From positions 55,071 to 119,070 of the forward strand of contig NW_019217852.1 of NCBI RefSeq assembly GCF_002571385.2: DNA of 64,000 nucleotides, in the 5' to 3' direction. Below, piece after piece: positions 26,801 to 37,100 of the stretch. The notes beneath the pieces are model-generated. The model worked only from the letters and a program-made list of their open reading frames with translations, was not told the origin of the DNA and searched no databases. The position numbers and the translations under genes were made by a program. Numbering within the stretch: the stretch's first letter is position 1; each line of letters begins with the position of its first letter. This DNA is from Stylophora pistillata (lineage: Eukaryota).

Positions 26801-27164
26801 CCTTACTCACCGAAGGTCTCCTTTCCTCAGAATTTGGCAGAATTTAGGTATCACCAAATTATAAGAGGCTTGGCTAATGTGAGAACGGTATACCCCTCCG
26901 TCCTCTTAGGTCCCTAAGTGTAGCATAAATATTGACATGTTTATGAGTTCCTACAGTTTGAAGAATTTGTTTGTACAAAGGAAGAGGGAGAGAAGACGCC
27001 CTAGAAGAGGTTTATATGAAGCTGAGGAAGCACCATGTCATTACAGAATGGGCAAGCATTGTTTAACTGAAATACTTTCTATCCATTTGCAGGTACTTTC
27101 ATTACAACCAAATGCGAGAGCTACCCAGAGGGTTTTTCTCGAATATGAAGAAATTAATAACAGC
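8821..27164 (+). CDS. Array of 14 single-LRR exons (66-87 bp, mostly 72 bp, all phase 2-2)
   Basis: Each encodes xLxxNxLxxLPxxVFxxLxxLxxL, e.g. DLSRNQIESILPGVFDSLTKLSIL and DLSYNGIERLPLDVFGNLTKLKKV, with AG/GT borders. Confidence 0.85.
10507..11909. repeat. 701 bp direct duplication joined by a single N (10507-11207 / 11209-11909)
   Basis: Both copies run TGCTTGAATGTAG...TTTGACAATGT with scattered substitutions. The N is at 11208. Confidence 0.9.
10507..12930 (+). mobile_element. Degenerate RTE-clade non-LTR retrotransposon in an LRR intron
   Basis: Broken RT motifs: DHFNQLLN, CGNYRGLSL, QCGF...IF.LRQMQE, FIDFRKAFDNV, NGVKQGC and C-terminal SQLREGKRNQARPRFRFKDT. Many stops and frameshifts. 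The element may extend further 5'. Confidence 0.8.
15743..17172 (+). mobile_element. Non-autonomous AcademH-type DNA transposon with RecQ helicase remnant
   Basis: Imperfect TIRs TAAGCTCGATT.../...AATCGAGCCTA and a perfect 9 bp TSD GACCTTTCG. Internal VISPMGSLLEDQVRFLKSVG and IAIDEADCISHW (about 16090-16353). Confidence 0.82.
18903..19058. repeat. 78 bp tandem duplication (2 copies)
   Basis: TGTTTCACCTTGCAATTTGGCTAACAACTA... occurs at 18903 and 18981. Confidence 0.9.
20126..21167. mobile_element. Internally deleted ISL2EU-like (PIF/Harbinger group) transposon
   Basis: TIR ATTC(T/C)TGG(G/A)TTTCA and inverted subterminal TTGGTGTCCCTCG. The + strand ORF 20331-20663 (FKAFKSLEAFNQMVSGFV...RVWHSQ) continues as TCTQVKCSWILP at 20701. 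A convergent THAP start MVLCIVVSCSSKSGKHKD*GFFR begins at 21050(-). Confidence 0.72.
21644..21753 (+). repeat. 5' LTR
   Basis: Direct repeat of 25880-25989 with about 8 substitutions in 110 bp. Confidence 0.93.
21769..25768 (+). pseudogene. Gypsy gag-pol (zinc knuckles, protease, RT, RNase H, integrase) with stops and frameshifts
   Basis: CFRCGRKH/CFKCSKIGHIATVC, VDTAA, WASPIV..CGDYK, KQDD, CDASSYGLGAV, TDHKPL, HWEHPG, SDNGPQF and SNGAAER. Stops at 21841, 22753 and 24331. Confidence 0.92.
25880..25989 (+). repeat. 3' LTR
   Basis: Preceded by the purine tract GGGGGAAA and followed by the TSD CTCTC. Confidence 0.93.
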
Positions 27165-27368
27165 GTAAGTGAGCTAGATTAACCTCAATGCCTGGTCTGA
27201 AGGGATTTATGCTTTTCCTCTCAGAAATGTTTTCCTATAGCCTTATCTCTAGCCAAATAATTAGACCTTGTTATACATCATAATATTACACCTGCGTCAG
27301 TTTAATTAAATACCATTGCTTAACAAGTTTTTCCTCCGGATGTATTGTAAGTGTTTTTTGAACTGCAG

Positions 27369-28326
27369 GACTGTAGACACCAACCTGATGTGCTGTCACT
27401 TAACGAAAGAAGACGCAGATTGCGATTTTGTCTATGTCGACAGCTTTGCCAGTTGTGAAACGATGTTCATGAATCGAGCTCCCAAGACGTGTATCTGGGT
27501 TATTGCTATCATGTCTCTGGTTGGCGCTGTGTTTGTTATCACATGGAGAATGATCCACAGGGAGAAAGATATTGTACAGCCAATCATGTTAATACACTTA
27601 GCAGTATCTGATGGCTTAATGGGTGTTTACCTAATCACCATAGGTTATAAGGATGCCATTTGGACGGGGCAATATTACTTGCATGACTATGAGTTGCGAT
27701 CAAGTTTGTCATGGCAGATAAACGGTGCAATCGCTGTATTATCAAGCGAGGTGTCAATAATGCTTCTTTCTCTGATCTCTGCTGACAGGCTTAAAAATAT
27801 TGTGTTCCCTTTTTATGTCGGTGGCCTAACCAACAAAGACACTCATGCGTTGTGCTTTACTATCTGGATCATCGGTTTCATAATTGCTTTTCTTCCCACT
27901 TTTGGCATCCAGTATTTTGAAGGCCCTGGAGGTCATCACTTCTATGGAAAATCTGTTGTATGTCTCCCACTTCAGCTCTCCCATGATAAGGCACTTGGTT
28001 GGGAATATTCTCTGGCTGTCTTTGTTGGCTTAAATTTGGCTTTTTTGGCATTTGTTATTGTCGCTTACCTTATAATAGTTGTAAACAGATGTCGGGTTCA
28101 GGCAATGTCAGCCAACACCCAGCGAGAGACAGCTCTTGCCAAACGGGTGTTTTTCATCATCCTGACTGACTGCATCTGCTGGATGCCCGTTATTGTGATT
28201 GGACTAAGGTCCATCGCGGAAAAGGCGTTCAGGACACGAGGAGATCTTGCCGTATGGATCGCAGTGTTTGCTCTTCCATTAAACTCCGCCATCAATCCAA
28301 TCCTATACACCTTGTCCACCACACAG
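27369..28326 (+). CDS. Hinge and rhodopsin-type 7TM exon (GRL101/RXFP-like)
   Basis: MCCHL...SCE hinge, HLAVSDGLMGVYL, LSSEVS...SADR, VCLPL, FFIILTDCICWMP and LPLNSAINPILY. Confidence 0.92.
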
Positions 28327-30267
28327 GTAACTATCTCTTTAGAATTTGTAAATTCAAATAGAATTATCATAAACATGAAAGCTCTGCTAGTTTATCTCAC
28401 TGAAACACATCACCGAAATGTCAATAAAAAGATGACAGCCTACAATAGTCAACTCTTGAACAACTGACGAAACTAATTAGGGGAGAGTAGGAAGAATTAA
28501 GGATTTACCCTTTGTAACGTTATAAGGTTCTAAACAAAATATGCATTAAAAAATACATTAGATGTATCATGGATTTCACATTACTTATTTTTTTGGTATT
28601 AAGTTGGATATTACTAATATTAAGTTAGGATCTCACCAATCATTACCCTAGTTACTAGATCGATATCCTTGAGTAAGCGCTTTTAAAAAGATATGTTTTA
28701 GATTTAAAGTAATAAGAAGTCAAACACTTTATCGCAGAGGGACCAGTTTATGCGAATATCCTCAAATACAGATAAAATTTAAAATTTACAGGTTTAAAAA
28801 AAAGAACCAAAATAAATACGTTTTGTCACATTAACTTTTAGTAACACAAAGCCATCTCGCATGACCTGACATGGCCTTTCGATATTTTCATTGGAGAAAT
28901 GTTTAATTCAAGGAAAAAAAAAATTTTTGTCCCAAATATAGGTTCGAAACGTTCTCAAAGCAAAATGGCAACAGCTGTGCAACTATTTCATGGCAAAGTG
29001 TACTCGAACCCAAACCAGAGAAGGTATGGGCCTCCGCTGATGTTTTGCTTCAGCTAATACTCACCAATTAAGATGGCAACTCAGTTCTATCTTACTTTTC
29101 TTATTAAGATGTGAGAGATCCGGGTCACGATCAGGCTTTCGAGATGAGGACTTTCGGAGCTGCTGGAAGGGAAGAGGGTACGTGAACCGGAAAAAGAAAG
29201 ATATATTGGTTTTACTTTGTTCGTTTAACAATCTTTTCCTTTGTCCATTCAATGTCCTTTTGGATCTATGCCCCAAATATTGACCTCAGTAACCATGAAC
29301 AGTGTCTTTCTTAATGGGTGTTTCTGAGAAGAGAGGAAAGTAATATGCATGCACTGTTAGCCATTTTGCCGATCACATCTTTGACGATAGTACAAAATCG
29401 TTTGAAACTTTCATCGGAGAAAACCAAAAATAGACATAGGCTAATTGACCATTTCATCTTTACAAAAAAAAATAATCTAGACTGTTCTCTTTAATCATAA
29501 ATCACTAGATATGCTTTATAGACCGCAGGAACGAATGTGTAGAACATTGTGTCGGCCATTAACAAAATGAAGAACAAAATAACGATCATAAAGAGAATAA
29601 GGAGACTTTAAAAAAGCCAACAAATCCGAAATTGAAGCATGCTAAGAATAAAGAACCCACTGGATAACTTCCAAATGATCATAATGGTATTTGAGCCACA
29701 GAGTGGTCTTATTTGTTTCTCAAGTCTCATTTACAAGCAAGCAAAAAAAAATTCAACCGAGTGGATAAATTTCAGAATGGAGGAACGGCAGTACAAATTT
29801 GCAAGTTCTATCTTTGTGATGATGTTGTGTAATCCGCTTTGTCCACAAACCGATCTCACAATAATTACTAATCTCTTAAAGTTGCATATTCCACACAGGA
29901 CCAGACAAAGAAGCCGAAGAAGAAACTTAAAAAGAGCAAGAGGAGGTCCACAAACATGATCACTCACGTGTGGAACACACTGGACCCCGAGATACATGTA
30001 AAGGGCAGCTGAACACAATACAGAAAGAGCCTGCCAAGCCAGGACAGCCTGAAACTGAGCCTACCGATCGCGACTCTACTGACAAGATAACAGTACAGCC
30101 AATGAAGACAGAGGCTGAAGATCATAAACAGACCCAGAAAGATGTTGCAGAAAATTCCAAATATGAAGAGCTACACACAGACTTTAAAGGAGGTGAGGAC
30201 CAATCTACTGATTAAAGTAAGGTTTTCTTCATCACTAACTCCAAATTTAGGTATTAAAATCTATTTA

Positions 30268-30414
30268 TGGGTCATCCTCGGTGTTAAAACCTAACGAGGT
30301 TTTCTTTGTTTCATGAGGTATTGTTTTGTTGTACGCTATTGTTTATAATGTTTTGTTGTCTTTGTCTTACGTCACTCGTGAGCTTCAAAGGTTTTTACAC
30401 CGAGGATGAGCCCA
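30268..30414. mobile_element. Small MITE in the last GPCR intron
   Basis: About 24 bp TIRs GGG(C)TCATCCTCGGTGT(T/A)AAAACCT flanked by ATTTA(T) direct repeats. Confidence 0.7.
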
Positions 30415-33400
30415 ATTTATGCACTCCGTTATTCCTAAGTGCACAAAGGGAAGGTCATAACAGGGTACCGGCATTATCATGATATCTGGTATGGCATCCT
30501 CATGGCATCTTGTCCAATTAAATGTAAAACACAATTTCCTCAGGCAACTTGTTGGCAATCAAACACAGATGAGGATTATTTTATTATTTCTCAGAGCAAA
30601 ATCAAGAAGATGTTGCCAAAGATCACTCGAAGGCCGAAGGAACCGTAGCGGCTCCTCAAACCAACTCGGACGAGGAGGTTTACGTGATAGTGTGGGAAAC
30701 AGCTCTATAATCCGGAAATCCACCTAGAAACGGCGACAGTGATACTAAGTTCAAAAGTTGAATTGTTTAATCCAGGTCTCATATTTGAAACATGGGTCTT
30801 CTTCACCCCTTATAGCGAATACGTAACCACAGCAGTTTGAATCAGTGCTTCTCATTGATAACCGGTAGTATACACTGTCATTAAGTATTCGCGATATATT
30901 AAGAAATCGTAAAATAATGTTTTAAGAATCTCTTTAGACACTCAAGGGCACAGATGATTATAGTGAAGTCCTGTGGAATCTGGTACAACCTTTGAAAGAA
31001 ACTATGCAGATTTCAAAGGCTCATAGAGTTTGCAGGAGTGCTTTTAGTTACAGAGATTAAAATTTAATACTCTTTTTTCATCCGAATAGTCGTTATTCGT
31101 CGATATTTAACTTTTGAGTAGATGGCCACATTGAATACCAGTGTTAAGCCATTAATCATGTTTACTCAACCACACACCATTCTAAGCTGGATGTGATGGC
31201 TCATATTCATTTATTCTGATTTGTTGTAAAATTAATATTAACATAAAGTTTTGTAGAAGCTTGTGCAAATGTATGTAGACAGGGAATCACAATGCTAAAC
31301 CTTAGAGCTGCCATGCACATTACTAATGTGCCCAGAAGTACCAACAGAGAACCCCTTTATGAAGATTTGTCAAGCTTGTAAAACTAATTCAATGATTAAA
31401 GATTTAAAAAGGTGTGAGACATGAATAGCAACTGCATACAAAGGTGGTCAAAATAAGATGTTGGGGATTGTCATCAAGGTGATGCTCAACATCCCTTTAA
31501 GGGCCCAATCACTTCTGTGTCCTAATTTTATACTTTTTTTCCTGAGTTCTCTCCTCCTCTTAAGTGTCTCAGAAAAACCAGAATTGAAGAGCAACATACT
31601 CGCTGCAAAAGAAAAAAATTAAACGGACAACTGGAACACCATCTTGAAAACAAACTATATCCAACTGATAATCTTAGTCTTTCTTAGTACGAAGAAAACA
31701 GACGCAATCAATTCATCTGAAACATGCCGGTGAAAAGCTGATTAAAACAGAGTTCATGTGGCATTTTTGAGTAACATCATCGAGATCAATTTCCTCCAAG
31801 ACGGGGTTCATCTACGAAGGTATTTTTTAAAGCCGAGAAAAGCTGTTATAACTTTAGGGAGAAGTATAGGAAGAAAAGGAGACAAGTTTGAGCAGTTCGT
31901 TGTGCGAGGAGATTCATAGATGGGATAAATATAGAACGTAACGAAGGGATTGAATTTCGGGATGGCTTTTCTGTTCGTCGTTGGAGCAAAGCAAGTAAGC
32001 TTATCAATTATGCCAGAAAAAAAAAAGGAGAATACTGGTTCTCCCAGGGGGACCTCGTATCCTTTGATAACTTTGTGCCACCTTTGAGCCAATTCGGTGG
32101 TTTGAGCACTATCGCCCCTTGGCTGAATACATGTACATATACGTCTGGCTTACTCATGGACAATTTCTGAAACAGTTCTTCGTTTTGTTGAAAGAAATTA
32201 AAATTTTGATGCCTCCCCTCCATCAACAATAACAATAATGCATAGTTTAAGGTTGTATTGTTAATTAAAATGCGTTAATACAAGTTATGCATATCCTTTA
32301 GTTTGGAAAATAATTCGCGTTCTAGAAAGTTTTAAGAACTAAATAATATCAAACAGCCCTTCAATGAACTGACAGCAATCATTATGTAACACTTAACCTG
32401 CGTCAAAACAACGATACTGCAAGGTTGAAGGTTTATCTGCAGTGCACAAATTTGAGGAGAAATTACAAATGGGGGGCTTTTCCAGCTTTTGAAAATACAG
32501 TAGAAAATTCTCGATAAAAAAAAAGGTTTGGATTTTTTATATATCTCAGCTATCTGCTTTAGCCACAAGATGATTTCAATATCTAAGTAAGTTTTAGGTT
32601 TAAATTGATTAAACTGGGCAAACATTTCTTGTGGTTTGGAATAAATTGGTTTGGTTTACCAAAATTGGATTAAATTTAATTTTTCAGGGGTTCGTTTGCA
32701 ATATTTTGACCGAAAAACCCTCTGGTTCTACCATTTAGAGGCTGTTAGTACTGTCCTGAAAACTTTTTTCAGATCTTGTTTTCACTACTGCTTAAGTAGC
32801 TCACAAACATTACTGTTCTGGATGTATCAACATTATCAAGACACGTGTTGGAATTATTGATTTTGCTACGAATAAATTTCGATCCCACCTCTTTGCCGCG
32901 GAATCTAACCGTAATCACAGGCTTATGCAGGTTGTTTACCTAATTAACGTTATACGAGGCCAGCTAAAAATAGCTATACGAAAATTTCATTTTCAACGGT
33001 AAATGTAGCGATCATGCCCTGACGTATTTCCCGTTTTACCTTAAAAAAAAGAGCAGTAATAGGTTTTGGGATTGCTTAACAAAAAAGTAGCTAATCTCAA
33101 AGTTTCCAATTTCAAGTTTCTCTTTGAATCGGAGCTCCAACTGCTCAAAACAAAACGTCGCGGGAGGTAAACTTTCCAAACAACTAATATCTTTACCTGG
33201 TTGGCGAAAGAAACGGAGCATCAAATTTTTCTCGCTCTCCTAGAGGATTTAATTGTTATCTCGATCAGTTGTATACCGAGGATGATTTTGAACGTATCAA
33301 GAATCAAAATAACCTCGAAGTCGCAATATGAAACGTCATCCGTTTGATTCAACTTTGCATGAAGAACGTTCTGCCTTTTTTAAGTCCATCACTTCTAAAC

Positions 33401-34178
33401 CGACAGCCTCAGGGGGGGGATCAGTTGTTTTCCTAGTAAACTTTTCACCTCTATCGTCTTCATATTAATTTTTTATGTCCGCAATATCTGTAAGGTGCTT
33501 CTCAATAACATTCTGACAAAAGTACGCAGGGATTGTATTAGGTTTACAAGGATACCCAGCTGTTCTTTCCTATTATCGACCTGCAGAGTTCGCTGTATGG
33601 TAGCGCTTCAGTTGGGGAAAAGTATGGCTTGAATTCATTTATTTTGGCTTGCTATTAAATAATAATATCCATCGAACTAAAAAATATCAAATGCTTAGTA
33701 ATTTATTCATATAAAACGAAGAACCAAAATGCCTAAGGAAATTAGGATAAAACTATCGTATTGCATTACAGGACATTCTGTAAATGCGCCCGAATTTTTT
33801 TTTCCAAAAATCGCGCGCGTAAATATTATGAGAATATATATTATTGATAAGTCGACAATTTGGCGATGGACAATACGGCTAATTGATTGTTTTGCAAATT
33901 TTTTGGTTACGAATAATTATCACCAAACCTCCCTTAGAAAAAAATATTATGACTAAACCATTACTATCAAAAAATTGTCTTTGGCAAACGATAGTGCATT
34001 TTTATACTAAATTCTAAACCTTTGCGGGATTTTTTGTCATAAGTGGAACGAAGCTAGCAGGTAAGATATGTTTAACTTCAATACATCAATCTGCTAATTA
34101 TTTAGAAATCTCTCAAATTCGATCGATTGTAAAATTTTGAAGTCACGTTTACAATGTTTAATTACATTGGATTCCAGA

Positions 34179-37100
34179 ATGAGTTCGCCATACACGTTGG
34201 TGACTTTGTTACTGATAGCAGCTTCTTCCAGCAGTGGGTTTTCGATTACAGGCCATCGATACGAAAGGTAATTCGTCTATTCGTAAGCACACGAGCGCCT
34301 TTGAATCTCGCATTCAAGGGTTGTGATGTTTTAAAATTTGTTATCCAAGGAAAACATATCATTTTCTTAGTTTTTATTCTTTACGTTTCTGGCCGAACAA
34401 TTCTGGTGACCATGATTTATCCTTCTTTCCTTAAATTCATGCTTTATGCATTAGTCACTACATATTTATCACCCGTGTTTGTGCAGGAATGAGAATATCA
34501 TTTGAAGCAAAAAGCTTTTCCAGCGAATGAAAATGTTCGTACGTTCCTTAGATTTAGCGTAACAACATCCGGTTTCTTTTCATAAGTTTCCAAATGCAAA
34601 ATCCTGATTGCTAATCAAATTTATGACAGAAGTTACCAAAACCGACTGTTAAAAAGCATGGCCTATAAATATATTTACTAGCAAATTACAATAAGAGAAT
34701 AAACATATTGACCCAACTCGTTACTATTCGTTGTACTACTCTCAATAGCGACAAAAACAACTGAAGATGTAAACAAAAGTAATGTATAGAACAGTTTTTT
34801 TCCTCAAAGGGTTGGAAAATTAACGAAAGAAAGGAGAGAGCTTTGCAGTTAGTTATGCATTGAATTGCTTGTCAGACCGCTTCACGCTTGTATTTACAGG
34901 AGATTTCCAAGATCCAACTAAACTAGACAGAAAATCGCCATGAAATAATATTTAAAAGTGACCTTGTCTCGACTGAAAAGACAGGCAGTTTTTACTAATT
35001 ATGCCTTGAGGACTCTAAAATTTGCTTTTTCGAGCTATACCTGTAACGTTATTGTATCAGTTGAACGGTATATTTTCAGCGATGTGTTCCTTTATCGCGT
35101 TTATTATCAAACACAGCACTCTATTGTGTTTGATAATAAACGCGATAATCTATCTATTGAAAGCTATGACTTCCTCCCTCGGAAATTTCTATCTAACAAA
35201 GACATTCAAATAACGGAGAAAGAATAATTCCTAATTTTGAGTTGCTAAAACAATACGTAACTTGGTGCAATGAGATCTACCTCAAAGGCAGCAAACCTAA
35301 AAAGTTCTCTGGATTGGGAATCATTCATTCCAGAGAAATTGACTAGCATAGTATTCACAAAACAGATACCCGTAACTGATTATACATAATTTCTTACACG
35401 GAGTTCTCGCTGCTCTATTTGATTTTCTCCAAACCCGGATAAGATTTCATCATACCACTGAGTTTTAGATTCTCTTATTAAAAAGGTTGAATGCATGCGG
35501 CGACGTATTCTTGAAAGCATATTTCGCGGATTAATAGAGGTATAAATATTTCCTGTAATAGAAATTTTACCGGGCTGTTATTGCTGGAGAAGTTATTTCA
35601 TCCTCATAAGCAAATCTCCAAAGTGATGTTTTTATAATTCTATTTGAAACAAACATTCCCAAAGACATCTGCAGCTTTTCTTACTTTCTCAATACTGCAA
35701 ACACACTTTGATAACACAAATATTTGGAAATCCTTTTTCTATCCCGCCACATTTTTCAAAAGAATGCAAAAGTAGCACGTTTTTACGAAATCATATTTCA
35801 AAAAGAAAGCTTGGAAGTCTGTTAAGTGAGACAAGTCAGAGTGCCTCTAAATTCTACCTTAACCTTCAGGAATGTTATTTTTTTTTTGCTCCACTGTTAT
35901 ACTACTTTATTGTTTGTGTGTATCATATTTAAGGACTATTCTCATAAGCCTAATTTAATAAATCGAATTATACATGCACGTTCACGTGAACCTCTAAAGA
36001 CGTCGAAAATACTTCATCAAGTTTACTGGACACCAGCTTCATCGGTTTCAATATGAACTTACCCATTTAACTCCCATGATTGACCACAGTAACTCCCATG
36101 AGTTACCACGACAGAATTTCTCCTTACAATATCAATACAATCTCAAGCAGACAAGTGATGAGAACAAGTAAAAAAGAAAAGCAGGGGATTATCAGTTGAT
36201 CCAATACCAAATTCTCCAAAGTAACATCATGAGAATTGTATGGCAGACAGTAAGGAGAATTGCTAATGAGATCTTGGGAGTGAAGGGTACCTTCCTCGTG
36301 ATATTAGGTCTTTAAACTACCGTGTGCTTTAATGCATTCATGTTTCATGTTTATATAAACAGGTCTTTAGAGGAGGATGAAGACTGGATACGAGGCAAGC
36401 AGGAGGCTGCCAATTTATCTTCCACCATTAATGAAATACTAGCCGCGTATGACCCTAAACTCCGCCCTAATGCCGGAGGTAAGCTGCTCAATGAAATGTA
36501 TCAGACTGCAAAAAAAGATCAGCTACAGCTCTCACATTTATATGTACAAGACCAGACTTCTATGAGTTTCTATTCCTCTACCCTAAGTATATAATCAACC
36601 AATACATTCCTGACTTGTGACAAGGTAAGGATCAAAGATGGCGAAAAGATATGCTAAAAATAGATGCTGTACATTGACTCCATACTGTTGCTTCTTTAAC
36701 GTTCTCGGGTAGACAACAGGAAGGCTTTCCTATTCAAAGTATCTCCAGGCCATTCCACCCTATCCTGACACACTCTGAACTACTTTCACTCGATTTACCC
36801 TTTGTTAGTTATAGGTGCACTCCATATGATTAGTTTTTTTCCTTTGGTTTATTTTTTAATAGGTGAACCTGTTGAAGTCACCGTGGAGATCAAAGTTGTT
36901 TCCTTTGGAGAGCTAAATGAGGCAAACATGGTACAAAATATTATTTTTGTTGGTGTAAGGTGTAAGGCACAAACACAGTTGTTTAACTGAGATAGTGCTC
37001 GGGTAAGAACGACAAGTGGAGATAAGTGAATATGGACTCAATTAACTGGCACTGACTTATCTTGATAAAAATCTAGTTACCCATATCTTATGGAGATTCT

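Larger units (their letters stand above)
6773..30710 (+). pseudogene. Multi-exon CUB-Ig-LRR-7TM receptor (GRL101/RXFP-like LGR), probably pseudogenised; first exon not found
   Basis: Phase-compatible exons: CUB 6773-7105, Ig 7194-7444, LRRNT 7970-8093, LRRs 8821-8892, 9156-9227, 9491-9562, 13358-13429, 13769-13840, 14402-14488, 15062-15130, 17841-17912, 18207-18278, 18735-18806, 19329-19394, 19679-19750, 26498-26572, 27093-27164, hinge+7TM 27369-28326, tail 28942-29023, 29899-30216, 30595-30710. Lesions near 7278, at 29928 and at 30213. Confidence 0.8.
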
